Counted from the whole stretch's first letter, positions 36,787 through 51,077 are shown. The stretch is 63,987 nucleotides of DNA, filler included, from Octopus bimaculoides (GCF_001194135.2; 8 parts of 8 records of this genome joined end to end with filler, not necessarily neighbours in it); one strand, 5' to 3'. Notes: generated by a model not told the origin, from the letters alone. Program-made: numbers and translations.

Positions 36787-38344
36787 AATATACCAAATAG
36801 TATTTCCTGTAAAAATCAATAAGAATAAATTGGGTTATTTATAAGGAATCTAAGATTGATAAACAACATATAGGTGTAAATCTCTTAGATAAAAAGAAAA
36901 GAAAAACAAACAAAATTTACAGAAGTACAAGCTTTTGACTTTTGGGAAAATGATAAAATGAAAAATGAAGAATAATTTGGAATGAAAGATTGACTAAGTA
37001 AAAGAATGTGTGCAAAGTATGCTTTTGAGGCCAATTATTCAAAACAAACCGTATCAATTTAATTTACAAGTGATAATTCACATTGAGATCTTAAATTGGC
37101 AACTCTGTGTATGGATTTATGGGATAATGGGGAAAGTACAAAATAAATAACCAGGTAACCTATAAGTAACTGGTTAAATTAGAGTTTAAGACTGCTTCCT
37201 AATTCATTGATTCATTTAAAAAATATATACAGACGAGTGTGTGTGTGTGTGTATGTGTGTAAAAAATTATTTTTGATAAAATTTATTAATGCTTATTTTA
37301 GCCTTCAGATTAACTACTGCAGGCTGATGTATTTAAGTATGTGTGTGTACATTTTAATGTTACTAAATGAAGAACTTCACAGCTATTAGAAAATAAAACT
37401 GAAAAATAATCAATATTTTGACTAAGTTACTTATATATTATCTAAACAGAACTGAAATAGATAAATTACATTACCAATTAGAGGAATGTATATCATCCAC
37501 AACAATGTTGAGATGTTAAAATTCATTGCATTATGTCTTGAGAAAGTTAGTTATGCGCAAGTGTAGTGAAGTGGCAGAAACAATAGAGCCCAATACCAAA
37601 CAATGTATAATATTAAGCTTTATTTTTCAACATTGAAATGCCACAAGGACTGACAAGTATTTAGTGAAATAGAAACCAAGATAAATATGGGTGAAGTTAA
37701 TTAAATATACACCTCCATAACAAAATTGTTTGTTACTCAGTGCCAATGTAAGAAATCAATACATCATTAGTTACCTCACAAAAAACCTAATTATAATGCT
37801 CTTGGTCATCTTGTCAATTTGTAACTGGATTCCTTCCCCTAAAAGCACAAAATTTGTGATAAACTGATTGTGTTCAGTAAAGGCAGCAAGATTTAAACTA
37901 CTTTAGCTTCTTTTCCCTCACATCTATGGAGCTGTTTCTACAACCAACAATAATTGAATAATAGTACATACTGTCCAAAAGCAAGGCAAATAAACCAAGA
38001 GTTAATACTATTGACTTCTTGATATTATTACCTATCTGTTGGGTCAGTTAGACAATTATTTAAATGCAGAATTGTTTCCAATTTAGTTTCTTGTTCTGCT
38101 CATTACAAGTCCTATTAACACTATTAAAGGTTAGGCCAATAACTGTAATTCCTTAGAATACTAAAGAACTTTTCATTGCTATCTTTTTCTAATGTAAAAT
38201 GGAGAACATTTTGAGTTGTGTACTTACATCCAATAGTTTGAACTACACATATTCCAAGTATTTCAGTTCTGTCCATAGAAGAAATTTCTTATGGTTGTTA
38301 ACAATTGGCATTTAATAAATATCATCATGGACATTAGCACAAGT

Positions 38345-38740
38345 TACTCTTTTACTTGTTTCAGTCATTTGACTGCGGCCATGCTGGAGCACCGCCTTTA
38401 GTTGAGCAAATCAACCCTAGGACTTATTCTTTGTAAGCCTAGTACTTATTCTATTGGTTTCTTTTGCTGAACTGCTAAGTTACGGGGGACATAAACACAC
38501 CAACATCGGTTGTCAAGCGACGTTGGGGGCATAGACACAGACACACAAACATATACACACACATACATATATATATACGACAGGCTTCTTTCAGTTTTCA
38601 TCTACCAAATCCACTCACGAGGCTTTGGTCAGCCCGAGGCTATAGTAGAAGACACTTGCCCAAGATGCCACGCAGTGGGACTGAACCGAGAACCATGCGG
38701 CTGGTAAGCAAGCTACTTACCACACAGCCACTCCTGCGCC
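38345..38740 (-). mobile_element. Full-length ~400-bp tRNA-derived SINE with internal microsatellite
   Basis: Minus-strand head ggcgcaggagtggctgtgtggtaag, B-box-like ggttcagtccc, tail gaaacaagtaaaagagta. Sister copies at 42002-42317 and 46741-47120. Confidence 0.9.
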
Positions 38741-38904
38741 AAGTTGCTAACCTTACTGCATTTGCTACGGCAAAACCAGATCAAAAATTGTTTATTTTGC
38801 AGAGGAATTATGCGGTTGAAAAATAGAAGGTGCATGATTAGATATGTTTAACAGTAATCAATGCTGAAGTAGAAGAATCTATTCCTCAGCTATTTTAATG
38901 TTTA

Positions 38905-39360
38905 CTAGGTTTATAAACTGATACTTAAAAGCTGCTGCTACTGTTGAATTGTATACCTCATTTCCAGATTTTCACAAAAATTTCACTCTACTGAACTATT
39001 CATCTCAACTCTATCAAACATCCATTCCATGCTAACTCCAACCTATAATGTGGACTGGTATTTCTGCGAAACGGTTCCTACCATCAAGACACATCAGTTA
39101 CTCCAAATATGAAAATAGCGAATTACTCTACATTGAAATCACTCATCTTAACATCCTCAAAATCATTTATCTTTATTGCTCTTCAAACTCATACAAACCA
39201 GTTTACAGAAATACCAGTCCACATTATAGGTTGAAGATAGCATGGAATGGATGTTTGATAGAAATGAGATGAATAGTTGACTAGAGTGAAATTTTTGTGA
39301 AAATTTGGAAATGAGGTTCAACAGTAGCAGCAATTTTTAAGTATCAGTTTATAAACCTAG
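38905..39360. mobile_element. Long-TIR foldback MITE with TA TSD (Tc1/mariner-type)
   Basis: Arms of about 165-170 bp (38905-39077 and 39196-39360) begin CTAGGTTTATAAACTGATAC. Flanked by TA on both sides within a palindromic target TGTT-TA-AACA. Confidence 0.85.
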
Positions 39361-39707
39361 TAAACAATCATTTCTTGCATTGTGGTAACAACACTTTTCA
39401 AAGAGTAGGGCTAAAAACATCACCAGAAACAACTGCAAAACATTATTTAAAAGCCAAAATGCTCTCAATAAATTTGCACCTAAAATACTCATTTTCCAAC
39501 ACATAAATGTATTCTAAACCCTTCCTAAATGCAGCAACTTCGAGTAATTTTTCTTTTGTTCTCTAATCAAGCATAACAGTTATGTTAATCACTGATAACA
39601 TGTCCACCCAAAATTTCACACTCAGAACACACACACAAAAAAAAAAAAGGCCTTCATCAAAGTTATTGTTACTTCAACACTCAACCATTGTATTAAACTT
39701 GTTCATA

Positions 39708-40382
39708 ATTACATGGAAAATGAGAGCAAGAGAAATAGTATTCTTAAAATAATAAACCTGGAAAAGTACAGGACAGGTTATTACACTTGGAAAAGTTCAG
39801 AACAAGATATTACATCTGGTAAAGTACAAAACAAGGAAGTTTTTATTTAAAATATTGCAGTTAAGGATAAAATTTCAAATAAAATATTTAGATTCAGAAA
39901 ACATTAGCTTTTATTAAAACTAAAAATTTTATTACAAGTTATTACTTCTATTTGTTATTACTTGTTACTTGTATTAAAAATAACTCAAAATATTTTCTGC
40001 ACTTAACAAATTCACAGTAAAATTTGCTTGAGTTGTTGCCTCAGTTATTGCCAAGTCTTCACATTTTTAATCTTGACCAATGCCTATTTTTGACATAATG
40101 AATTTGCCTACCATATATACTATTCTACTTTGCATAAATCTTTAGCTACATTGGTACTTCTGGCTCTCATTTTTTAAGTATTCTAGTGGATCAATATTTT
40201 AACAAAATAATGGTACCTTTTTTAATTATAATGTTACTTTGTAAATTAAAATCAAATAATTTTTAATATTCAAATTTTATCCTTAGCTGCAATATTTTAA
40301 GTAAAAGTTTTCTTGTTCTGTATTTTACCAGGTTTATAATCTTAAGAATATTATTTCTCTTGCTCACATTTTTCCATGTAAT
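39708..40382. repeat. Diverged inverted-repeat pair, old foldback element
   Basis: 39708-39881 is the reverse complement of 40265-40382. The left arm carries three copies of an ~29-bp unit present once on the right. Confidence 0.7.
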
Positions 40383-42001
40383 CCATGTTTTTTCCAGACT
40401 ATCCTATTATGCTAATTAATAATGTGTCAATTAATAATTTAAGATTTTACCTTATTGAAAACTGAATAATAAATTTAATAAATTTCTAATATTTTAATTT
40501 TTAATACAAATGGTGTAATTAAACTAATTGTAAATTAGTGGTGTCGATAATTTTTTCCTTACCACAATGATGCTGGTGACATATACTAAAAGTCCTCTTA
40601 TAGAACTATATTCATAAAAAATTATAGAAGTACATTATCATCTTCAAATTTGAGAAACAAATACTCATAACTTTTTCCTTTTAAAATTTCATTGCATCAG
40701 ATTGATACCATGAAATTCCTCAAAAATGTTAACAGTTTTCTATTTAGTAAAGAACTGAATTAGCAACAAAGTCTGAAAGATGCTGTGTGTGAGTAAACTG
40801 GGGCCTTAAGAATATTATTCAACTACTACTGGAATTGAATGATACATTTTGCTTTCTTCACAATATATACTTCAAAGGACAAGATAGTATCCAAGCAACT
40901 ACTCATAATCAACATATCCTAAATAATTTTCAGTTTTCAAAAGTTTCAAAGCTAACTTTCCTTTTTGTTATCTAATAAAAATAAGTCAATGATCCAACTG
41001 ATATCTGTCTATGCCACAAAAATACCTTTGTGACCCCACTGACAACTCAAACAATGGTCGATGACATGATATTTAGGGATATTCTATCAACTTTTCCTCA
41101 GATACTCTTTCACTATCCTAAGATCAGTGGCCATGATGGAGCCATTCCACTACACAATACACACTATTCACAACATAGAGTAAAAAAATATTAATATTCT
41201 GTTAGTATACAAAATCACATCTTAATTTTCAAAATAATATTCAGTATCACTCATTTCTGGTATTCCCATTTGAACATGTGTATGCAAGCTGATTTGGAAA
41301 AACAGTTAATTCAGGCATTACATATATTTTATCTCAAGATGGCATTTGATTGTTATATAACCTTCATAGTAACCAGTCCAGTATAATAAGGATGTATCAA
41401 TTACAATGCAACAAAAGTACACTGACAAACTAAAGCAAAATAATTAAGCGCTTGACCTAACAAGATAGTACAAATCTTTGCAAACATCCCCAAATGTCCA
41501 ATACTTTTAATCATCATACCAATCATTTCAACACACAAGCATTTTTCAACTATTTTCTAACCACTTCAAACCACTTAAGTTGGCTGACTACTCTTGCAGA
41601 GAGATGGAACATTTGATTAGGAATAGACCTTTCAAAATACTTTTCTAGTTTACTTCCTTAGCCATAACAGTGAAAGCAAACCATTAATTGTCAAATGAGA
41701 TGTATTTTTGTCTTTTGCCATCTCTCTTCCTGAGTACATACACATACATTTGTTATGAATGACACAAGCAAAGATCAGAATAGCGATCTGTACACCTTGC
41801 TTGACATAGATGTACTGCAAGTAAGCCACAACAATGCAATATTCATCATGTGGTGACACTAGATACATGCTACAAATGACACTAGATATGCAGAAATCCT
41901 GCGTTATATACACCTATACAAGAAGCTCCCCAAAGACAAATACCAGTGTTGTGGTTTTCTTGCAGTATATTCATATTAAGTAAGATATCTATCTATCTAT
42001 A

Positions 42002-42317
42002 TACTCCTTTACCTGTTTCAGTCATTTGATTGCAGCCATACTGGAGTACCGCCTTTAGTCGAGCAAATCTACTCCAAGACATATTTTTTGTAAGCTTAGT
42101 ACTTATTCTATTGGTTCCTTTGGCTAAACTGCTAAGTTACAAGGATATAAACACACACACATATATAAGCAACAGGCTTCTTTCAGTTTTCGTCTACCAA
42201 ATCCACTCACAAGGCTTTGGCCAGAAGACATTTGGCCCAAGGTGCCACACAGTAGGACTGAACCCGGAACCATGTGGTTGGTAAGCAAGCTACTTACCAC
42301 ACAGCTACTCCTGCACC
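42002..42317 (-). mobile_element. tRNA-derived SINE
   Basis: Colinear with 38345-38740, with internal deletions. Confidence 0.85.
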
Positions 42318-42405
42318 TATATATATATACATATATGGAGAGAGTGAGAGAGAGAGAAAGAGTGAGAGAGAAAGAGAGAGATATACATACCTATATCTAA
42401 ATATA

Positions 42406-42446
<41 letters not shown>

Positions 42447-42680
42447 AGAAAGTTGGTATGTGAAAGCACGTGGTTGGATGTATAACAGATAATAAGAGTG
42501 AAAAAACTACAGAAGGCTTGTGTTACATGGTTAAAGTATATATTTAAATTATGTCAGAAAAATGTAAGAAAAATGTTATAAAATCTTTTTGGTATATAAA
42601 CATTGTATTTTGAGAAATAACCAGTTTCGTGTTGTCTTTTCAAATTTCTCTACTTCATTGTGTCGTGTTCTTTATATATA

Positions 42681-43243
42681 ATAGTTATCGCCAAGCCAAC
42701 NNNNNNNNNNNNNNNNNNNNNNNNNNNNNNNNNNNNNNNNNNNNNNNNNNNNNNNNNNNNNNNNNNNNNNNNNNNNNNNNNNNNNNNNNNNNNNNNNNNN
42801 NNNNNNNNNNNNNNNNNNNNNNNNNNNNNNNNNNNNNNNNNNNNNNNNNNNNNNNNNNNNNNNNNNNNNNNNNNNNNNNNNNNNNNNNNNNNNNNNNNNN
42901 NNNNNNNNNNNNNNNNNNNNNNNNNNNNNNNNNNNNNNNNNNNNNNNNNNNNNNNNNNNNNNNNNNNNNNNNNNNNNNNNNNNNNNNNNNNNNNNNNNNN
43001 NNNNNNNNNNNNNNNNNNNNNNNNNNNNNNNNNNNNNNNNNNNNNNNNNNNNNNNNNNNNNNNNNNNNNNNNNNNNNNNNNNNNNNNNNNNNNNNNNNNN
43101 NNNNNNNNNNNGCTAGCTATGTGACACACGAAACCTGGTTTCGTGTGTCACATAGCTAGCTAGAGGCGATGGCTTCTTGGAGCTAATTCACGGCAGCTTT
43201 CGTCCTAATTTTGGGACTGCCATGTTGGCTTGGCGATAACTAT
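42681..43243. mobile_element. Palindromic MITE spanning a gap
   Basis: Exact terminal inverted repeat ATAGTTATCGCCAAGCCAAC (42681-42700 and 43224-43243) flanked by TA. Perfect 24-bp-arm palindrome at 43112-43160. Confidence 0.8.
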
Positions 43244-43302
43244 TAATTTCCAGTACCGCTGCCGTAGTCTCCTTTAGAGAGACTTAGAAATATTAATAAC
43301 TC

Positions 43303-43343
<41 letters not shown>

Positions 43344-43486
43344 CACACATATTTATATACATATACAAATAGATACACACACATATCTATATACAAATAA
43401 ATATATGTATATACATAAACATGTCTATGCTTGAAACGTCAAACTTTCTCTTTTCACCGAGTGTCAAGCTAATACATTCCTTGTGC

Positions 43487-44360
43487 ATCATCATCAACAT
43501 CATCATTGTTTAACGTCCGCTTTCCATGCTGGCATGGGTTGGACGATTTGACTGAGGACTGGCAAACCATATGGCTGCACCAGGCTCCAATCTGATCTGG
43601 CAGAGTTTCTACAGCTGGATGCCCTTCTTAACGCCAACCACTCCGAGAGTGTAGTGGGTGCTTTTACGTGCCACCGCCACAAGGGCCAGTCAGGCTATAC
43701 TGGCAACAGCCATGCTCAAATGGTGTTTTTTATGTGTCACCTGCACAGGAGCCAGTACAGCGACACTGGCAATGACCTTGCTAGAATGTTTTTTCACATG
43801 CCACGAGCACAAGTGCCAGTAAGGCGATGCTGGTAATGATCATGCTCGAATGGTGCTTTTTACGTGCCACCAGCATGGAAGCCAATCAGCTGCTCTGGCA
43901 ATGATTATGCTCGGATGGTGCTCTTTGCGCTCTACTAGCACAGATGCCACTCATCGAATTTGATTTTGATTTCACTTGTCTCAACAGGTCTTCGCAAACA
44001 GAGTTTAGTGTCCAATGAAGGAAAGGCTACGCATAAGTGGGCTGGATACGGGTTATGGTCTCACTTGGCTTGCCGGGTCTTCTCAAGCACAGCATATTTC
44101 CAAAGGTGTCGGTTACTAGTCATTGCCTCACCCCATGACCTACTCGTCTCTCTTGCACACCACATGTGATGCTTCTTGGCTCCAACTTTTCTCTCATGGT
44201 ACTTACACTCTGTCAAGTATGCACACTGACATTACACATCATCCAGCGGAGCATACTGGCTTCATTCCTTGCAAGCTTACGCATGTCCTCAGCAGTCACG
44301 GCCCATGTTTCACTTCCATGTAGCATGGCTGTTTGTACACGTGTCATACAGTCTACCTTT
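43487..44360 (-). mobile_element. RTE LINE 3' portion
   Basis: (CAT)n tail complement, tttaacgtccgctttccatgctggcatgggttgg terminus, gccagt...aaaaagcacc modules, and ORF C-terminus. Confidence 0.9.
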
Positions 44361-44385
44361 TACTCTGTATGTATATCTGTATATG

Positions 44386-44434
<49 letters not shown>

Positions 44435-44471
44435 ATATATATGTGTATATATATGTGCGCATACATATGTA

Positions 44472-44504
<33 letters not shown>

Positions 44505-44709
44505 GTGCANNNNNNNNNNNNNNNNNNNNNNNNNNNNNNNNNNNNNNNNNNNNNNNNNNNNNNNNNNNNNNNNNNNNNNNNNNNNNNNNNNNNNNNNNNN
44601 NNNNNNNNNNNNNNNNNNNNNNNNNNNNNNNNNNNNNNNNNNNNNNNNNNNNNNNNNNNNNNNNNNNNNNNNNNNNNNNNNNNNNNNNNNNNNNNNNNNN
44701 NNNNNNNNN

Positions 44710-44792
<83 letters not shown>

Positions 44793-45571
44793 CCGTGTCC
44801 TGTTAATTGTATTTGTTTATTTGGATTGTTGGTTTGAATTAACTATATATATATATACACACACATTCTTTATGTCTGCATTTTAAAAAATACATCTTAC
44901 CAGAAATTAAAGATAAACCACTGGACTCATCACAAACCATTCCAATGTTGGTTTATATATAATTTTGATATTTCTAAGACACAGGCTTTATTTGCTGTGA
45001 AGTTAATTATTTCTCCTGTGTTTCTTTGTCTCTTTCTAAACGTGTGTGCTGATTCAAATGTTGATTGCATTAAACACAGTTAATAAACTGTTTTGTTGTT
45101 TTTAACAGCTTGATAAGAGATGAAATAAGTTAATATTTTGGTCAGGAAATGCTGGATAACTGTATTTTACAAGGTTTATGGGCTTTATTATAATATCTTC
45201 TCTTAACTGATCTTGTGCTTTACTAGTGGAAACTTTACCACACAATATCTATCTACCTATCTATCTATGCATACATAGATGAGCAACTTGTATATGATTC
45301 TGGGAATTATGACTAGCAGTTCACACTGAAGATGGAGCAGATTTTCTCGGTAAGAGATTTTTAACTCCAAAACCTGGTACGCGAATAACTTTTTAATTTT
45401 ATGTATGTAATTTTCAATGTCTTGGTCGCTTATGGTTTGGTATTTCGCTGAATTTCTTTTGAGAACTACTAGGTCTTAGTAGACACAAAATGTGGTCTAT
45501 TTCTAGCATATTAAATGTCCACTTTACTGGTCAACTTCATATATATAAAATATGCATACATACATAGATAC

Positions 45572-45614
<43 letters not shown>

Positions 45615-46740
45615 NNNNNNNNNNNNNNNNNNNNNNNNNNNNNNNNNNNNNNNNNNNNTTAATTAATTAANNNNNNNNNNNNNNNNNNNNNNNNNNNNNN
45701 NNNNNNNNNNNNNNATATATATATATATATATTCATCATGTTAAAATGTTAATCTCTACATATTTTTGCACTCTCCGTTTTATTTTATTTTTTTCCTGTC
45801 TGTCCTTTCTGCTGAAGAGCGTAGACTCGAAACGTAAAAGGCATTCCCACTCCAAATATTCAGTAGTAGTACGCGTATTAGTATCATTTTTTTTTTTTTT
45901 ACCGGAACTATCTGTTCAGGTTCCTTGAAATAAATAAGGATATGCAATTTGCAAAATGACAACCTGTACTACTATGAGTAGTTTGTTTAATGATGCATTA
46001 GATTTGTCTGTAAATGTATTGTTTGTTGTAGGTAAAGAACATTATATTGTATTTCAATAAAATCTTTCACCGATGCCATCAGGATATTTTCGAGATGTTA
46101 GTTTTTGTTTAGCGGACAGCAACTTAATCGCAGATTATTTTCTTCACTATGTTGCTAGCAGGTCTGTTTTGTATAACAATGGGAATTTAGGGGAAATTAA
46201 CCATTTATATCTAAAAGGTAATGTCTATGTTGAAAGGCAATTTAATTTTTCCTTTTGATGAGCCAAATTATAAGGATGTGTTCATGCAGTGAATTTCTTC
46301 GTTTATGATCAACAGGGACAAGAAAGACATTCAAAATTATATAACAAAACGAGAAATGTATAGTAGCTTCGAAAGGTAAATTCTGATTACTTTCAAAGTT
46401 GTATTTGCTTGGTAAGTAACCTGATCTGGGACAGAATGTGGCAGGTGAAACAATCACAGCATAAATACTAATTTCCTGACATTTAAGAACGTGAAATTTA
46501 CTATATTCATCTATTTTGTATAAATTGACAATTAAATGTGTAATGAAATTTTGCAACATTTTGTCGCATTTCTGCGTCCATCTCACAGTTGAAAACCAGT
46601 TACTACAAACACATTTGAGTTTTTCTTTTCCTTTGTTTTTCTTTTTTGTTTTCCTTTTTTACACTTTTGTTTACTTCTTCCTTAACTACATTTAACTTTT
46701 CAACTTTAAACAGGTCTGTTTAATATTCTTTTGTTCATTT

Positions 46741-47120
46741 CCTTGTTTCAGTCATTTGACTGCAGCCATACTGGATCACAGACTTAAAGGGTTTTAGTCA
46801 AAGAAAGCGACCCCAGAACTTACTTTTTGTAAGCCTAGTATTTATTCTATCAGCCTTTTTTGCCGAACTGCTAAGATACAGGGATGTAAACACATCAGCA
46901 TCGGTTGTCAAATGATGGTGGGGGTAAAAAAAGACACACATTAACATAAATATATATATATGTATGTATGTATACCAAATCTGTCTACCAAATCCACTCA
47001 CAAGACTTTGGTCGACCCGAGGCTCTAGTAAAAGACACTTGCCCAAAGTGCCACGCAGTGGAACTGAAGCTGAAAACATGTAGTTGGGAAGCAAGCTTCT
47101 TACCACACAGCCACGCCTGC
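46741..47120 (-). mobile_element. tRNA-derived SINE
   Basis: Colinear with 38345-38740. Confidence 0.85.
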
Positions 47121-50100
47121 ATATANNNNNNNNNNNNNNNNNNNNNNNNNNNNNNNNNNNNNNNNNNNNNNNNNNNNNNNNNNNNNNNNNNNNNNNNNNN
47201 NNNNNNNNNNNNNNNNNNNNNNNNNNNNNNNNNNNNNNNNNNNNNNNNNNNNNNNNNNNNNNNNNNNNNNNNNNNNNNTATATATATATAATGCCTGCAA
47301 CTCTATATAAACGCTTCTTTGTTTTCTTCAATTATTCTTCTGCGTGTGAATGAGCCTATTTTTCTGTTATTAGACTTCTCTTATTACTTTTAAACATTTG
47401 GATTTGTCGGACTTTTGTTACAGTCGGATATAAACCATCGTTGTTTCCTCTTGTTATTTGTATTTCATGTTTGGTTATTTAATTTATAATGGCTATAAGC
47501 TTTATATTGTATTTTTTAACAGAATTTTGTCTTACATCATGATGGGCATGCTTTGAGCGATAAGAGACGCCGTTTACTATGTTTAAAATTGTTTCAAAGT
47601 TTGTTTGAAATAATAAAAACGTAGGTAAGTTGAGGGAAGGGTATAATAACATGGGTATGGTTAATAGAAATAATTATTCGTGAAAAGACACCCCCCCCCC
47701 ACACACACAAAAAAAAGAAACATTGATTTATTAAACACTTTTGAAAGTTAGATCCGTATAGGACATTTTTGAATAGTATTGCCTCTGATGAAGAAACAGC
47801 ATATTTCAGGTTTAAATACAATATAATTGAAAGGAAGCATATTTTTTTCAACGAAGATACTGACCCCGATAAAGATAAAGAAGGAGATACCTTTGAAATA
47901 TAAAGTTAGCATTCCCAAGCCTGGCTTCTGTTTATCTCAAGAAAGAGTTTACTTTTTATAAATTTGTTACTACTTTTTATGGCAATTTCAGAAGTTCTCA
48001 TAGAATCATGTATACACCAGTTTCTAATGAAAAAAAAAAGCAGTCTGAATTATCAATGTATCTTATGTGAAACTTTCAAACAACAGGTATAATGTATTAT
48101 TCACAAGAACAAGAAATGAAATAATTGAGAAATCCTTCTTTCTTTCTTATTAGTATTATTTCCGTAAACGAGATAGTGCAATTAAGAATCGAAGCTGAAT
48201 CTCATGCAGCTGAGAATAAATATATAGCATTGCTTCATATTGTCTTTGTAGCTCCATCTACTTTGAAACTTTTTTTCAAGTAGTATTTTCATAAAATATT
48301 TATCTGCTGTCCAATTTTTCTCACTAAAGAAAGCAATATCGGGAATATTTGACACTGTATATATTGACAGTGCACTTTATGGATATTAATACTAAAATTT
48401 GAAAGACAAGAGATTATATTGATTTTTCTGATTCATATTTCTTTAACAAACCCATTTTATAAAAGAGATTGTAGGTTAATGGGAATTATAATTCTGAGGT
48501 AAAATGTAAAACAGTGAATGCGAAGATTTCTGATGAATTGAAATGCAATGAAGTATATCATCAGAAAATACTGATTTTCTGAAATTAATTCGTCATTAAG
48601 CTAGACATTTTTGTAGTAGTTAAAATTTATCTTATGAAATGTATTTGTCATAACTGAATATTTAAGAATGGCATCGAGGCTAATCTTTCATCACCTAGCT
48701 TAAGCTTAGTAAACACCTGTAAATATCCCCGTTTGATAATCTGCACTAGGTTTTCTTTTTTTTTTTTGTTAAAAGTTCCATAAAAACATTAAATATCATA
48801 CTTAGCTAAATATTAGGATGGAACCAAGAAAAAGATTTGCAATTTAGATCTAAAATCCGAAACGATGGTACCAGTTCCTGAATTGATACTTTAAATCTTC
48901 GTTAGCTTTCAATTCAATCAATTTTTCTTATTGCATTTTTGTTTCTATTGCAGCATATATGCATATTTATCAGCGAAATTTTCAAATATTCTGGTGGAGC
49001 TTACGTGATGTTTCTCAATAATGGATGAAAAACCTAAGCGCCTTCATGGTACAATTCTTAATTTCAGTGCAGGAAGACTGGGAAGCAGATATGATCTCTC
49101 ACGCTTGAAGCTGTACTTGAACAGAATAAGTTTTGGAAATATGCATTAACATTCTTCGATTTAACCGTTTTCATTTCATTTGCTTCCATCTACAAATTAA
49201 TTTCGATAAACTGGTAAGTCTGACATTAAAACTATGCACTTTTAAACTTCAAATTGCCTTATATGAAAGAATATATTTGTGTACAAATAGTTCTAAATCT
49301 GTTTTTTTTTTAATCTATAAATGCGGTAGCCTTCGACAGCTAGTGAACTTCAATGTAGAATAGCAAGCTACTAGATTCGTCACGAGGGTAGCCCACTATA
49401 AGCAGTATTCTATCAGTGACATCAATTATTATAATGTGTTTTACGAATCTTCTTTTCTGAAAAAAATTACAACATCGATATCCGTTCCAAAATGCATGCA
49501 ACAAAAATTAGGCTGTCTTCACAAGAACTGCATACCATGTCTTATACGTGTACAGTTCTTCCGTAGATTCTTTGTTAATTTTTATGATTGTTCACAGAAA
49601 TTAGTTTATTGCTTATTTTCAGTCTCTCGTTTGTGCTTCACACTTGGTGAAATAACCTCACTAACAAGGTCTAGTATCAATTATTCACCAACAGAATTTG
49701 ACTTTCTAGATTTAGCAATCAGTAATGAAATTTTCTAAGTGGCATATAGCTCATCCATCATGTTCCTACTTTAACACTTGGCAACATGGACTGTTTGCAA
49801 AATTGGTCTCCCACAGCTTTAAGATGGGATAACTATTTGTGTGTGCACGCGGGTGGGTGGTGGAAGAAGATTATCAAAATGAATTATTTGTAAGAGTTTT
49901 TCTCATCATGGTTTACTTTTTGGAAGACAGACACGTGGTAATAAACTGCTTGTAGGTATCAAAAGTCATGAAACAAATATTTGATACTGTACGCTAACAT
50001 TTCTTTAATACTGCCATGATTTATAAAAATAAAATATGCATATATTGTTAGACAGAGCACATTTAGGCTAGTTGAAATACATTTCGCGAGAATACTCGTT

Positions 50101-51035
50101 TATAATAAATACCTGACCACATCGTCAGACATTTCTACAATACACTCAACAAATACTTAGAGAGATACCAGAAAAATTGTAATTTTTGTAAGTCTAAATG
50201 TTTCACGTGACCCCACTATGGAAAAGTTAGAAAATGTTATAGGACACATTGAATTGTACCAATAATTATAGGACAATTCAAGAATAATTTTGGCGCCATT
50301 TCAGTTGTCACTTCTAATAATGCATTTTATGAAATAATTTCAACTAGACATGGCGGTCACATTGGGTAGAGGGATCAATCAATATGCATTTGCATTTACA
50401 CTGGTCCGTTTTCCAATAGATCAATAGGAAATACAGAATTTTATTAACGACACCTTGGTGTCTCAATGTTGCATAAAGGAATCAGAATAAATGCGACGTC
50501 TTCACGTTTATATGTGCGTGTATCACCAACACTTGGATTGTGAATTTGGGGTGCTCGCAATATTTGCTTGTAACACATTTCATGAATATGTTTCCTCCTC
50601 ATCATCATTCATTTCATCAACCACTAAAACGTAACTGCAATATGCACAAGAACACATTCTCTCATGTGAAGTATCTCATTTTCTATACAATTGATTCCAA
50701 CTGCATGAATCTCAAAATATGTACAATTGATTCTAATTGTATGAATCTCAAAATGTGTAGCAAGACACAGGTCATTTGCAAAATAATAAGAACAAAGTAG
50801 GAAAGAAAACGATCGTATATAATTCCTAAAGATTTTATATGAACATAAACCAACTAATATCATGATCCCAACTTCTGTAGTACTGAAGAACTCATAAGAA
50901 GGGCGAAATGACGTTATGAACAACTAAGACACTTAAAATGAAAACTAAAAACTATATTGATATATTATTCTCTGTGCTCTATCACTTATAAGAAAAAGAC
51001 TTATAAACCTTGAAGCGGTTTCCCTTAAAGTGAAA

Positions 51036-51077
<42 letters not shown>

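Noticed and set aside
41753-41814. Possible terminal exon (V)HLCQARCTDRYSDLCLCHS* completing the Cys-rich protein
   Set aside because: Phase-compatible and Cys-rich, but it has only a moderate acceptor, lies 14 kb and three spacers away, and does not fit EGF spacing. Unsupported without transcripts.
20775-47120. tRNA genes at the A/B-box motifs
   Set aside because: Each motif continues into a shared non-tRNA body and tail and recurs as diverged copies, so these are SINE heads.
3371-47353. Long ORFs in the supplied track that are mostly X
   Set aside because: They are artefacts of translating through N gaps.
50883-50915. Hammerhead-like CTGAAGA...GGGCGAAA
   Set aside because: The closing pair of stem II is mismatched, there is no valid NUH triplet or stem I, and no Penelope element lies nearby.
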